From: Caldisericota bacterium
Lineage (GTDB): Bacteria > Caldisericota > Caldisericia > JAAYUI01
Direction: 5' to 3'
Length of the DNA: 64,000 nt
Assembly: GCA_029548865.1 (NCBI GenBank)
Contig: JAKPMO010000002.1
Span: 245,169 to 309,168, forward strand
A model generated the notes under the pieces. The model was not told where the DNA came from. It made no database searches and saw only the letters and a list, made by a program, of their open reading frames with translations. Position numbers and translations under genes: made by a program. This document shows, in pieces, positions 47,761 to 58,353 of the stretch (the stretch's first letter is position 1; the number at the start of each line of letters is the position of its first letter).

Positions 47761-48798
47761 GTGGAAGACAGAATAATCGACCCCAATATTGCCCAGGAAG
47801 ATTCGGACGAGGTATCATTAAGGCCGTCCAGGCTTTCGCAATTCATTGGACAAGAGAGGGTCAAGAAGAACCTTCAGACTTTCCTTGAGGCTGCCAAAAC
47901 CAGAGACCCAAAAAAACTTGGCAAAGGCGAGGGCATACTTGACCATATCCTTTTTTATGGCCCGCCTGGCCTTGGAAAAACGACCCTTGCCGTCATTGTG
48001 GCATCCGAACTTGGTGTCTCGCTCAAGAGAACCACCGGCAAGGCGCTGGAAAGAGCTGGTGATGTGGCGGCCATCCTGACGGGTTTGTCGGAAGGTGACA
48101 TACTTTTTGTGGACGAAATCCACAGAATGAACCCCCAGATTGAAGAAACATTCTACTCCGCCATGGAAGATTTCAGGTTTGACATTGTCCTTGGCAAAGG
48201 CCCATCGGCCAGAACGATAACCCTCCCGTTGAACAGATTTACGCTCATTGGTGCCACAACCAGAATAAGTCTCCTGAGCTCCCCTTTAAGGGACAGATTT
48301 GGCATTATAGAGAGGCTTGAGTATTACACCCCCCCAGAGCTGGCAGAAGTCGCAAAAAGGGCCTCAAAGGCCCTTGGTGTTGAAATTGACAAGGAGCTTG
48401 CCCATCTTCTGGCAAAGAGGGCAAGGGGAACGCCGAGGATTGTCCTGAGGCTCCTCAGGAGAGCGAGGGACTTTGCTGTTGTTTCAGGAACAAACGTCAT
48501 TGGCAAAGAGGTTTTGCTTGAGACGTTCAAGGCCCTTGAAGTCAATGATTATGGCCTGGACAAGATGGACAGGAGGCTTCTCGAAACGATCATAGAGCGT
48601 TTTTCTGGCGGGCCGGTCGGCCTGGAAACAATGGCCGCCATTCTTGGGGAAGACAGGGACTCGGTAGAAGATGTTATCGAACCATATCTGCTCCAGGAGG
48701 GCATGATCGAAAGAACGCCAAGGGGAAGGGTTGTTCTGGAAAAGGGCTATATAGCCTGTGGACTCAAACCAAGAGTCAAAGATGACCTCCTCTTCTAA
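47761..48798 (+). CDS. ruvB: Holliday junction helicase RuvB
   Basis: LRP...FIGQ, GPPGLGKTT, DEIHR and RGTPR. Confidence 0.96.
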   Translation: MEDRIIDPNIAQEDSDEVSLRPSRLSQFIGQERVKKNLQTFLEAAKTRDPKKLGKGEGILDHILFYGPPGLGKTTLAVIVASELGVSLKRTTGKALERAGDVAAILTGLSEGDILFVDEIHRMNPQIEETFYSAMEDFRFDIVLGKGPSARTITLPLNRFTLIGATTRISLLSSPLRDRFGIIERLEYYTPPELAEVAKRASKALGVEIDKELAHLLAKRARGTPRIVLRLLRRARDFAVVSGTNVIGKEVLLETFKALEVNDYGLDKMDRRLLETIIERFSGGPVGLETMAAILGEDRDSVEDVIEPYLLQEGMIERTPRGRVVLEKGYIACGLKPRVKDDLLF

Positions 48799-49363
48799 TC
48801 TTCTTCTCCATTGCTGTTGTGGCCCCTGTGCCACTGCCTCGATTGACCGTTTTGTCCAGCTTGGCTACAAGGTGGTGCCTTACTTTTTCAATCCGAACAT
48901 TGAACCGGAAGACGAGCGAAAAAGAAGACTCGGTGCCTTTCTGGCTGTTTGCCAGTCAAAAATGCTCACTCCTATTGTTGAAGATGATCCGGATTATTCT
49001 CACAAGCGAGGTTTGGACAGATGTTTTTCGTGTTACTCCGTGAGGCTTGAAAAGACAAAATTGGTAGCACGAAGGCTTGGTTTAAATTATTTCTCAACAT
49101 CCCTGCTTATTTCCCCGTACCAGAAGCATGAACTGATAAAACAGGTCGGATCAGGGCTTGAAGGTTTTGTTTATGAAGACCTGAGACCATTTTACAAAGA
49201 TTCACAGCAGCAGGCAAAAGAGCTTGGAGTTTACAGACAAAAATACTGCGCTTGCCTGGAGAGCCTTGAGGAATCAAAATGGCTTGCCAAAAGAAAATCA
49301 GAGATGAAAAGGCAAAAATCAGGCCCTACCAAGGAGTGGGTTCCCCGCTGGCTTGCGAAATGA
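48782..49363 (+). CDS. queH: Epoxyqueuosine reductase QueH (DUF208)
   Basis: LLLHCCCGPC, FNPNI.P, RC..CY..RL and RQKYCAC. Confidence 0.88.
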   Translation: MTSSSNLLLHCCCGPCATASIDRFVQLGYKVVPYFFNPNIEPEDERKRRLGAFLAVCQSKMLTPIVEDDPDYSHKRGLDRCFSCYSVRLEKTKLVARRLGLNYFSTSLLISPYQKHELIKQVGSGLEGFVYEDLRPFYKDSQQQAKELGVYRQKYCACLESLEESKWLAKRKSEMKRQKSGPTKEWVPRWLAK

Positions 49364-49907
49364 ACCAGTCCTGAAAAGCCTTTAGGGCTTTCCCGCGATG
49401 GGATATCCTGTCCTTTTCTTCAGGTGTAATTTCCGCAGTCGTTTTTTCCCCGTTAAAAAGAAATATCGGATCGTAGCCAAAACCATTTGATCCTTTTGGG
49501 GTGGTGGCAATTTCGCCTTTCAGCTCACCTGTGAAGGTGCGCGTGCCGTTTTGATCGGTGTAGGAGGCCACGCATACAAATTTTGCCCTTCTGTTTGCCA
49601 CGCCTTCCATTTCCTTCAGGACCCTGATGTTGTTGGCCTCCGGACCACCGGCATACCTGGCTGAATATATGCCAGGCCTTCCATCCAGCGCCTCCACAAC
49701 GAGGCCCGAATCTTCGGCAAGTGTTGGTATCCCTGTCTGGGTAAATCCAGCTTCGGATTTCAGCCTTGCGTTTTCCTCGAATGTGGAGCCAGTTTCCTCC
49801 GGCATTTCCACTTTATAGTCAGATGCCAGCACAAGCTCCACTTTTGTCAATATTGCCTGTGCTTCTCTCAATTTGCCAGGATTCGATGTTGCAAAAAGAA
49901 TTTTCAT
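49326..49907 (-). CDS. rdgB: dITP/XTP pyrophosphatase
   Basis: ATSNPGK, EDSGL, PGIYSARY, GFGYDPIF and SHRGKAL. Confidence 0.95.
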   Translation of the reverse strand: MKILFATSNPGKLREAQAILTKVELVLASDYKVEMPEETGSTFEENARLKSEAGFTQTGIPTLAEDSGLVVEALDGRPGIYSARYAGGPEANNIRVLKEMEGVANRRAKFVCVASYTDQNGTRTFTGELKGEIATTPKGSNGFGYDPIFLFNGEKTTAEITPEEKDRISHRGKALKAFQDWFISQASGEPTPW

Positions 49908-50608
49908 TGCAGTGGGCCGAGTATCTTTTTTTCGAGCTCGATGATTTCGTTTACACCTTTTTTCCCGAGTTCCAGCATTTTGTTGAATGTGTCAAACGGG
50001 AAAGTCGAGATTTCTGCAGTTGCCTGCACTTCGGCTATTTTTTGTGCCGAATCCATCACAAAATTCATGTCCACCTGGGCTCTGCTATCTTCTTCGTAGT
50101 TCAGATCGAGCCTCAATTCGTTGTCGATTATACCCAGCGAGACTGCACCGAGATAGTCTTTGATTGGCATTTTCTTGAGCCCGATGTTTCTTAGGGCAAG
50201 AACGAGTGAAACAAATCCGCCAACTATCGAGGCGACCCTTGTCCCGCCATCAGCCTGGATTACATCGCAATCGATTGTTATTGAATTTTCGCCCAGCTGC
50301 TGCAAGTCAACAACGGAACGCAGTGACCTTCCGATCAGCCTTTGTATTTCCACCGAGCGCGAGGCCTTTTTGTTTATGTCCCGCTGGATCCTCTGGGGGG
50401 AGCACCTTGGAATCATCGAGTATTCTGCCGTGACCCACCCCTGGCCGAGTTCCTTGAGCCAGTTAGGGACCCTTGGTTCCCATGATGCCGTGCAGATGAC
50501 TTTTGTCTCACCCCAAACAACAAGCGCCGATCCTTCGGCGTATTTCATGTAGTTTGGTTCAATTTTTACTGGTCTTAGCTGGTCGTTGTCTCTGTTGTCT
50601 ATTCTCAT
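49904..50608 (-). CDS. rph: Ribonuclease PH
   Basis: EIQRLIGRSLR, DVIQADGGTR and DL.YEED. Confidence 0.96.
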   Translation of the reverse strand: MRIDNRDNDQLRPVKIEPNYMKYAEGSALVVWGETKVICTASWEPRVPNWLKELGQGWVTAEYSMIPRCSPQRIQRDINKKASRSVEIQRLIGRSLRSVVDLQQLGENSITIDCDVIQADGGTRVASIVGGFVSLVLALRNIGLKKMPIKDYLGAVSLGIIDNELRLDLNYEEDSRAQVDMNFVMDSAQKIAEVQATAEISTFPFDTFNKMLELGKKGVNEIIELEKKILGPLQ

Positions 50609-53600
50609 ATTGGCTCCTGGAAGAATTCTTTGATGCCAAGCTGTATTCCCTCTGCAAGCTTTTTAACGTTTACCTCTTCCCTTATCCAGCCCTCGCCTTT
50701 TTTGTTGCTCAGGAACAGTGGCTCGATGAGGATCGATGGAATTGATACTATTTCGCGGCACACATAAAAACCACGTTTTTTGATTCCCCTGTCCTCAAAA
50801 CCAACCTTGGAGAGGACGTTCTTGTGGATTTTTTCTGCAAGACGCCTGCCCAGATCGGTATAGTAATAGGTTTCTGTTCCCTGGGCATCAGGGTCCCTTG
50901 CGGCATTGAAGTGGATTGAGATAAACATGTCGGCACCGGAGGAATTCGCAAGATTTGCCCTTCCTTCGAGATCTGGGGTTTTTATGTTTCTCTCCTCTGT
51001 TCTGGTATATATTACAGTGGCCCCCTGGGAAGAGAGCATTTTCCCGAGCTCGAATGCTGTCTGGAGGTTCACCTCGGACTCATAAGTGCCCATCATGCCA
51101 CTGCATCCGACATCGTATGAACCGTCTTCATTGAAGGTGCCATGACCGGGATCGATTATGATGGTTTTTCCATTGAGTCCTGATTTGTTTTTCTCCTTGA
51201 GAGTAAAAATGAGCTTGTTTGGGCCCCTTGCCTCACCATAGCCTATCTCTTCCGTGGATTTCTTTGTTATCAGGATTGTTACCTTTGGGGGAGTTGCATT
51301 GGTCCTTGGGTCAAAATCGACAGAGACCTTTTTGGCGTCAATCCCGCCTAATGCGTTTTCCCCAAGAACGCAGTTGTTAAGGGTTATCTTTGATCTTCCA
51401 TCGGGAAGTTCGGTGACATCAAAATCAGTGAAGAATGAAACCTGGGTTGACAGGGTAGAGCATGCCTTGCTTGTGTCGAGGCACCCCCCAATTTCCAGCT
51501 TGTCGATGACTGGGTCGAGGTAGACCTTGTTTTGTACGGGCGAGTACATGTATGAGAAGCCAAGCATTGGCGCTACCGGTTCAATCGGAACATAAAAAGC
51601 GCTTCCCACAATCCTTGGGGCTGGCGCTATTGTTTTGTAGAATGAATTTTGGCCATCTACAACATGCATGGATGGCTTGAGATTTGTAAACGAGAAGACA
51701 AAAGGTTTTTTTGGGTCGACACTCATTTCGGCCCTGTTTTCTTTGTCATCCCAGGAGATGATGTAGCCGAGGTGGGAAGCCAGTGCACCAATCGGCACCA
51801 TGACCTTGTTGTCAAGCAGTATTGGCGGATCACTTGCGTGGACAGGCCTGCCCTGGATCTCGATCCTCATCTGGTTTGACTCGACTTTTTCGAAGATTTC
51901 TAGCACCAACTCGGTTGACGTCGGGTTCAATGGAGAGAGGTGGTAATCACAGGACTTGTTTAGCTGGAAAACAACCAGCACTGTTGGTGGTGAAACGGAT
52001 TTCTGTTCGACACCCACCCTCGAAACCAGTGTTGAATCAACAACAATCGGCTCCAGGTCGCCGGTGTAGAGTGAATTATCTAGAAATAGCTGTATTCTTG
52101 GATTGTCATTGTAGCTTTTGATGTTTAGCGAGTTTGGTTTGGATGAAATTGGAATTGTAAATTTGAGGACATCGCCGCGTTTTGCCCACTGGATCTCACC
52201 GACATCGACCGGTTTGACCGGCTGTGGCTGTGTGTGCTTTTTTGTATCCTCCGAAGACACCCATCCTGCCTGATTGCCTGAGAGTATCCTGTAGTAAAGC
52301 CTGCCGCCTTCCCTTTGCGCTACAGATTCAACCTTACCTTTTCCGCCGGCAAAAATTTTTGGGCCGCCACTTCCTGATGGGAACGATGCCAGTGTCGATT
52401 CTTTTTGGAGCTCAACCGTGAGCCCGAGAAGGTTTGCGGGTGGCAGGTCAACAGAGCCGGAAGTTTTTACTTTTGTGCTTGTTACCCATCCTGTCTCCCC
52501 TTGCTGGGTTGTCAGGAGATACCACGTTCCACCATCTGAGTTGAGCGCAGAACCCGATATTGTGCATTTGCTTTCCCGTGGGACAACGCCAAGCAATTTT
52601 CCGCCTTGGCTTGGGGCAAGCCTGAGCTGTGCTTTTGCCGCCACAATATCAAACGGACTTGAAGATGTTGTTTCAACCATTGATCCAAGGACCCAGCCCA
52701 CCCCAAAATCTCCTTGAACTTTCAACCACATCTTCCCATTTACATCGGATTTTTTTGACAGTATTTGTACCACAATCTGTGACTTTGTCGTATGGACTTT
52801 GGCAAAGTTCAGGCCAGCGTCTTTTCTTATGTTTACGTTCTTTGATATGATGCCCTTTTGTGTTGAAACCGATTCTTCAAGTATTGGTGTCGCTGTCTTG
52901 GCGAGATCTGATCTCACCCATGCGTGGGTCCCTGTGGGAAGAACAATCTCGTACCAGATTTTGCCATCTGCGTCTTTTGATTTGGCCACAACTGATGGCC
53001 TGATGGTTGACGTTGTCCTGTTGACAACGGGGGATTTTGTTGATGGTCCGGACCTAAGGTTTGTGAGTGGATCAATGATTATTGTAAGGTTTTTGACTTC
53101 TTCCTTTGCTACCTGGGGGGATTTGATTTCATCAATCAACCCTGCGCCGATCCAGCCGAAACGGCCGTTTCCCAACGAAAGTTTGTACCAGTCTTTTTCA
53201 TCGTCGCCCTTTGTTTTGGCAACGATTGGCAATTCTGTTTTTGTCTTTATTTGCAAGGCCACACTCGAAGACGTATTTGGAGACGACCTCAAGTTTATAA
53301 CGCCAGAATTGGGGTCTATAACAGCGACCTGGCCATCAATTTTTTCCTCGGTGCCTGTCCTCTGGATTTTGACCACCCATGATGCCACAAAGCCTTTTTT
53401 GCCTGGCGAAGCCTCGACTTCAAACCATACCTTACCGGATTTGTCTTTTATTTCGGAAATTACAGTAAGATCTTTTGGTGGCTGTATTCTTGCGAGCACT
53501 TTCGCATCAACCGACGGCGACATCCTTATGTTGGTTGCCTGGTATATCTTGACTATGGTTTTTGACTGAACGTAGGGCAGGGAACCAAAAAAGATGCAGA

Positions 53601-53634
53601 AAGCTAGCAAAAACAAAATTGTTTTTTTGTTCAT
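50605..53634 (-). CDS. N-acetylmuramoyl-L-alanine amidase with multiple SH3b repeats, AMIN-like and copper-amine-oxidase-N-like domains
   Basis: Signal peptide, repeated NLR..P...W...GWV, and IDPGHG, SIHFNA, ILIE. Confidence 0.88.
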   Translation of the reverse strand: MNKKTILFLLAFCIFFGSLPYVQSKTIVKIYQATNIRMSPSVDAKVLARIQPPKDLTVISEIKDKSGKVWFEVEASPGKKGFVASWVVKIQRTGTEEKIDGQVAVIDPNSGVINLRSSPNTSSSVALQIKTKTELPIVAKTKGDDEKDWYKLSLGNGRFGWIGAGLIDEIKSPQVAKEEVKNLTIIIDPLTNLRSGPSTKSPVVNRTTSTIRPSVVAKSKDADGKIWYEIVLPTGTHAWVRSDLAKTATPILEESVSTQKGIISKNVNIRKDAGLNFAKVHTTKSQIVVQILSKKSDVNGKMWLKVQGDFGVGWVLGSMVETTSSSPFDIVAAKAQLRLAPSQGGKLLGVVPRESKCTISGSALNSDGGTWYLLTTQQGETGWVTSTKVKTSGSVDLPPANLLGLTVELQKESTLASFPSGSGGPKIFAGGKGKVESVAQREGGRLYYRILSGNQAGWVSSEDTKKHTQPQPVKPVDVGEIQWAKRGDVLKFTIPISSKPNSLNIKSYNDNPRIQLFLDNSLYTGDLEPIVVDSTLVSRVGVEQKSVSPPTVLVVFQLNKSCDYHLSPLNPTSTELVLEIFEKVESNQMRIEIQGRPVHASDPPILLDNKVMVPIGALASHLGYIISWDDKENRAEMSVDPKKPFVFSFTNLKPSMHVVDGQNSFYKTIAPAPRIVGSAFYVPIEPVAPMLGFSYMYSPVQNKVYLDPVIDKLEIGGCLDTSKACSTLSTQVSFFTDFDVTELPDGRSKITLNNCVLGENALGGIDAKKVSVDFDPRTNATPPKVTILITKKSTEEIGYGEARGPNKLIFTLKEKNKSGLNGKTIIIDPGHGTFNEDGSYDVGCSGMMGTYESEVNLQTAFELGKMLSSQGATVIYTRTEERNIKTPDLEGRANLANSSGADMFISIHFNAARDPDAQGTETYYYTDLGRRLAEKIHKNVLSKVGFEDRGIKKRGFYVCREIVSIPSILIEPLFLSNKKGEGWIREEVNVKKLAEGIQLGIKEFFQEPI

Positions 53635-54089
53635 GTCTCCCTTTGTTTTATTGCCCTGGAGAGTTCCCTTTCGTTGTCTCTCCTGATTATCTGATCTTTG
53701 TGCTCAAATAATTTTTTGCCATGCGCAATTGCTATCCTGATTTTGACAAAACCCTTGTCGTTGAAATAAATCGAAATGGGCACGCAGGTATAACCACCCT
53801 GGAGTGTTTTTGCTGCGAGCCTCCTGATTTGCAGTTTATGAAGAAGAAGTTTTCTTTTTCTCTTTGGATTGCTGCCCAGATGAGACATTGCATATTGTGG
53901 GATGTTCATGTCAATAACGTAGGCCTGGCCGTTTACAACCTCGACAAATGAATCTTTGAGGTCACAATGGCCCATTCGCAGCGATTTGACTTCATCGCCA
54001 TTTAACACAATCCCTGCCTCTATTTCATCTTCGAGCTTATACAGGTGCCTTGCTTTGTTGTTTGTGGAAATGGTCCCTGTCTTGATCAT
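53631..54089 (-). CDS. smpB: SsrA-binding protein
   Basis: N.KA...Y, EAGIVL.G.EVKSLR, R.RKLLLHK and GKK. Confidence 0.95.
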   Translation of the reverse strand: MIKTGTISTNNKARHLYKLEDEIEAGIVLNGDEVKSLRMGHCDLKDSFVEVVNGQAYVIDMNIPQYAMSHLGSNPKRKRKLLLHKLQIRRLAAKTLQGGYTCVPISIYFNDKGFVKIRIAIAHGKKLFEHKDQIIRRDNERELSRAIKQRET

Positions 54090-54154
54090 TTAGATCAATT
54101 CTATCTTTGTTTGGTGGCAAGTCAAGATTTTGCGATTTCTGCTATAATCTGGTT

Positions 54155-54670
54155 GTGCCTTTAGAATACGAACTGATCAATTTGCTTGAAGGAGATTGCA
54201 GGATAGAACTCACCAAGGTCCTTTCGCAGAAGGATTTTGATTCTGTGCTGCGTGTCCCCATGCACTCGATAGTCTCGCTCAACGCTGCAAATGTTTCCCA
54301 ATACTTCAATTACCCCAAAACAATTCCAGTTGCCTTCAGGAGAAAAAAGACCATAGAGGCCTTTATTGTTGGCGTACCTGTCGAAAAATACCTTGATGAT
54401 GAGACTTTCCCTGACCCCGATATTGGCAGAAGAAATACCATATATTCTGCAATTATCGCCTACTCAGACACCAGAACATACAACAAGCTGGTGGCAGACT
54501 ACAGGCTGTATCTTTCAAAGTTCAACGCGACATTTGAATCAAGGCACTTGCGCACTGATTGGGCAAAAGGGTCGGAGTTTGAAATCGTAAAGGTGTTCGA
54601 TTACTGGAAGATTGACGGTGTTCCAGTTGCCTATTGCAAGCACAAGTTCGCCGAGAGTTCCAAAAAGTAG
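54155..54670 (+). CDS. Hypothetical protein, possibly a degenerate GNAT-like fold
   Basis: TATAAT 6 nt before GTG 54155; IEAFIVGVPVE...DP..G..NTIY pattern. Confidence 0.6.
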   Translation: MPLEYELINLLEGDCRIELTKVLSQKDFDSVLRVPMHSIVSLNAANVSQYFNYPKTIPVAFRRKKTIEAFIVGVPVEKYLDDETFPDPDIGRRNTIYSAIIAYSDTRTYNKLVADYRLYLSKFNATFESRHLRTDWAKGSEFEIVKVFDYWKIDGVPVAYCKHKFAESSKK

Positions 54671-54677
54671 CCTACTG

Positions 54678-57122
54678 TTAGGCAACTATAAGGCTAAACA
54701 GGTTCCAGTAAATCATCCATGGAATCATGAGCACATAAACGAATGTGGCCACGGTATAGAATATCCTGGAAGTCATACTCCAGTATTTTTTCACCCAAAG
54801 CATCACAGTGAAATAGACCAATGCGACAGTCATTAATGCGCCAATCATGGGAAGCAGGACAGTTGCTTTCATGTAAAGTGGTATCCCGAAGCCATAATCT
54901 ATCATGTTTGTTCCCCAGAAGATAATGGCCACAACAACCAGGAAGCTCACATAGAGCAGTGCCGTGACAAGCTGGCCCCACCTTGCCAGTTTGTCGAACT
55001 TTGTTTGCTTTGTTTTGTCAAATTTTCTGAGCAGGGCACCAAAGATAAAGGAGACTATTGTCGACAAGACGATAAGAAGGAATATTATGATAAAGACAAG
55101 ATTTGGTGTCGGGCTTGCGAACCAGTCGATTCTTTCAAGGGCTTGGCCCCAAATTTGGGCGTGGCTGATTTGATTGTTCCCGTCTGTAACAAATTTTATA
55201 TATGAATCACCAAGTTTGGATTTGAACAAATCTTTTCCTACAGGCACGTATTCCCACTCATTGATGCTTATATAGCCATCCTTGTTGTAGGTGAAGTGGT
55301 ATAAATCATGAAAGATGATAATGCCCAATTTTGCAAAAGAATTTTTTTGGACATACCACATGTTCGAGTAGTATCCAGTATATCTTGAGGGCTCCTCAAC
55401 CTTCGCATTCTGACCTTCCTCACTGCTAGTATCATCTTCGCTTGCTGGCGGCCATATTTTTTGCAGCAATTGATTGATAAAACCATGGCATGCATTTGAT
55501 CCAGCTTCTGCGGCAAAGAGTCCAATTTTTTGTTTTGGCAATACCACAAGACGGCTGCCTACTCCCAGTGCCCCGCCTTGTTTGTCGAGGACCGGGAATG
55601 GTTCTTTGTAATCATGCTTTGTTACTTCGAATGCCAGTGTGTGTTTTGGGTAGAAAACAGCGTCTTGCTCAAATGCAATGCTTGTAAACAGGTAAGCGGA
55701 GTCTTCGGAGAAGAATTTTTCATATTTAAAAAGGTCTCTCAGGAATTTTCCCATATCACCGGCTGTTGTTACCATTGCATCTGCCGGTGGGTCATTGAAG
55801 TAATAAGGGTCGAATTCTTTAAATTCATTCTTAGTATCGTAATAGCCTTCGGATTTCCATTCCCTTGGTTTTGCATAGTTTTTTTGGAGTTCATCAGGGA
55901 TTGGCTGCTCAAAGGTGGTATAGTTCATGCCTAATTTTTCAAAAACGTTTTTCTTGACGTATTCTTCGAATGGCATTCCGGAAACTTCTTCAATGATGAG
56001 GCCGGCGAGCGCGATTCCATAGTTTGAATAATCATAAAGTTTGCCGGAACCCATTATGTGGTTTGGCGGATTTTGCTTGAAATATTCAGGAAGAGTCGGT
56101 ATTTTGTCGGCATTCTTTGTGAGTATTGTCGTCAATTTCTTTTCTAGCCCTGGTGTGTGGGTCAGGAGCTGGGCCAGCGTTATATATGGAGTCGGCCTGA
56201 CTGTTTGCCTGTTCTCTATGTATTCGTAGCCATTTCTGATTTTAATTACCCTGGCAACAATTCGGTGCTCAGTTGGTGATGGAGCATTTTTGTTTCCTTT
56301 TTCTTCCCCAAATACGATCCACTGGTCTGGAAAATCTTTGTTTATAAATTCTATAACTGCCTGTTTTGATGTTTGTGGTGTTATGGTTTGGAGGGCTGCC
56401 CTGCCATCGCTTTTTGCAAGTTTGTCATAAACTTCTAGCAGGTCATGTTTAAAAAATCCTTCCCATTTATATTCTGTTCCATGCACAATTCTGATCTGAT
56501 TTTTTGATGTTTCTGGCAAATATATTTCTGGAGCGTTTTCTTTGGATTTACTGTCATTCAGGTATTTCAGAACAACTTCTTTGGTTTCTGGCTCGATATT
56601 GTTGCCAACTGGATAATCAGGAATGACAATGCCAGTCTTTTTGAGGTATGTATTGATGTCTTCCTGGAGATCGAGTTTACCCTCTTCGACGAGTTTTATA
56701 ACGGCAAGAGCAGTAAAAACTTTTGAAACTGAAGCCACTTTGAATATTGTTTTATCGGGATCAACAGGAACATTCTTGTCTGCGCTTGTGGAACCATAAC
56801 CTGCCTTGAATAATGTGTCCCCATCTTTCACAACACATACTGATGCGGCAGGTTTTGGTTTGTTGCCAAGAATTTCTTTGGATTCCCCTTGCGGCACAAA
56901 CGAAAAATCTGCAATCTGCTTCACGTCATCTTTTGAGAAACTCGGCCAGGTTTTTACCTGAAGTATGTTGTCGTTTGCCCAGCTATAAAATTCATCTCCC
57001 GTGTTGAAGCTGACATAGGATTCTTCCATATATTTGTATATGGTTAAGCCTGAGAGCAGAACCGTGCAGACAACAAGAAAAGGTGTGACAAAATACTTGT
57101 ATACTTTGAGTTGTGCGTCCAT
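54678..57122 (-). CDS. Membrane-anchored serine hydrolase (class C beta-lactamase/PBP family) with large insertion
   Basis: ASVSK (SxxK), LLTHTPG, YSN, C-terminal TM helices; GGAGGG RBS before MDAQ. Confidence 0.85.
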   Translation of the reverse strand: MDAQLKVYKYFVTPFLVVCTVLLSGLTIYKYMEESYVSFNTGDEFYSWANDNILQVKTWPSFSKDDVKQIADFSFVPQGESKEILGNKPKPAASVCVVKDGDTLFKAGYGSTSADKNVPVDPDKTIFKVASVSKVFTALAVIKLVEEGKLDLQEDINTYLKKTGIVIPDYPVGNNIEPETKEVVLKYLNDSKSKENAPEIYLPETSKNQIRIVHGTEYKWEGFFKHDLLEVYDKLAKSDGRAALQTITPQTSKQAVIEFINKDFPDQWIVFGEEKGNKNAPSPTEHRIVARVIKIRNGYEYIENRQTVRPTPYITLAQLLTHTPGLEKKLTTILTKNADKIPTLPEYFKQNPPNHIMGSGKLYDYSNYGIALAGLIIEEVSGMPFEEYVKKNVFEKLGMNYTTFEQPIPDELQKNYAKPREWKSEGYYDTKNEFKEFDPYYFNDPPADAMVTTAGDMGKFLRDLFKYEKFFSEDSAYLFTSIAFEQDAVFYPKHTLAFEVTKHDYKEPFPVLDKQGGALGVGSRLVVLPKQKIGLFAAEAGSNACHGFINQLLQKIWPPASEDDTSSEEGQNAKVEEPSRYTGYYSNMWYVQKNSFAKLGIIIFHDLYHFTYNKDGYISINEWEYVPVGKDLFKSKLGDSYIKFVTDGNNQISHAQIWGQALERIDWFASPTPNLVFIIIFLLIVLSTIVSFIFGALLRKFDKTKQTKFDKLARWGQLVTALLYVSFLVVVAIIFWGTNMIDYGFGIPLYMKATVLLPMIGALMTVALVYFTVMLWVKKYWSMTSRIFYTVATFVYVLMIPWMIYWNLFSLIVA

Positions 57123-57284
57123 ATTCCCTCCATTTAGAACGTTTTGTTTAATGCTATTGGCCCTCTGGAGTTTTTTCAATAGCAGCCAAAGGCATAATCA
57201 AAGATGGGAATTACCAAAAACTGCTTAGTAAAATGCACACTAAATGAATTAATTTCAGTAATTATTCCCCAATTAACATAAAAT

Positions 57285-57319
57285 AAAAAAACCGAACAGA
57301 TTATCTGTTCGGTTTTTTT
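57285..57319. terminator. Rho-independent terminator
   Basis: A-run + CCGAACAGA-tta-TCTGTTCGG + T-run. Confidence 0.85.
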
Positions 57320-57343
57320 ATTAGTCCAGTTATTTGGCTGGTG

Positions 57344-57955
57344 CTACTTGCCGCCTTTGCCCTTTCCCTTGCCTTTTCCACCACCACGGCACCCACCGCC
57401 GCCGCAACCACCGCCACGCTGGTTGACTGTGGCTGATTTGGCCAGATAGGTTCCATCATCCTGCTTTGTGCCATCAAACCTGAGCATGTCGCCAGTTTTG
57501 ATGTCTTCAAACTTGATCTCTTTGCCGTCTTTTGTAATCTTTGCATCTGATGTGAGCCTTACGGTGAAATTTCCGAGCTGTGCATTCCACATCTTTACCG
57601 TCAGGGTTGCCTTATCAGTTGATTCGACCCTTCCACAGAGACCATTGTATTGGCATGCTGTAACCTGGATGCTTTTGGCAAGGTAGGTGTTGTCCTGCAG
57701 CTTGTCAGCTTGCCCCCTTACATTGCCATATTTTGGGACTTCGGAAAGCTTTATCTGCTTTCCGTTCATTGTTATGACCGAATTGCCGTCAAACTTGAGG
57801 GTGAACTCTCCGGTTCTTCCATTCTGTATCTTCATTGTCTGGGCACTGGTATCAACCGAATTGATCCTTCCCCAGATTTCTTCTGCTGCGTATGCGTATG
57901 CCGCTACTGATATCACCATCAAAACGGCCAGTGTTGTCAATACTATCTTTTTCAT
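57344..57955 (-). CDS. Secreted protein with two DUF5666-like OB repeats and a Gly/Lys-rich tail
   Basis: Signal peptide and internal duplication (GR..S.D...T.K...G.FT....YLAKS). Confidence 0.7.
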   Translation of the reverse strand: MKKIVLTTLAVLMVISVAAYAYAAEEIWGRINSVDTSAQTMKIQNGRTGEFTLKFDGNSVITMNGKQIKLSEVPKYGNVRGQADKLQDNTYLAKSIQVTACQYNGLCGRVESTDKATLTVKMWNAQLGNFTVRLTSDAKITKDGKEIKFEDIKTGDMLRFDGTKQDDGTYLAKSATVNQRGGGCGGGGCRGGGKGKGKGKGGK

Positions 57956-58251
57956 TATTTCCTCCTTTAGCTTTTCTGCTTTACCTTATTCATGTCTGCT
58001 ATTTCTTATATTGCGTTTTCATCAAAATTGTCAGTATTATTTTTTCTCGTTCTCATCTCCTTTCTACAACTAGTACGCCATGGGGGTATATTTTGTCATT
58101 TGAGATTGGTTAAAAATCACCAAACTGATAAAAGAAGCGTAATTTTATTAGGTATCTACGTTTTTTGCTGGTATTTTTCACTCCTGCCTGTGAGTGATTT
58201 GTTGTTGACATCGCATCTTTGAATGATAAAGTTTACAAAGTATGCAAAATT

Positions 58252-58344
58252 GGAGAGGTGGCCGAGCGGTTGAAGGCACTCGCCTGCTAAGCGAGTAACT
58301 GGTGTAAAACTGGTTCACGAGTTCGAATCTCGTCCTCTCCGCCA
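58252..58344 (+). tRNA. tRNA-Ser(GCT)
   Basis: GGAGAGG acceptor stem, loop CTGCTAA, long variable arm, GCCA end; TTGACA promoter upstream. Confidence 0.95.
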
Positions 58345-58353
58345 GAGGTAATC

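Noticed and set aside
58334..58344. Repeat CCTCTCCGCCA shared with 62240-62250 as att sites
   Set aside because: It is the shared 3' end of two intact tRNA-Ser genes, and the DNA between them is core genes.
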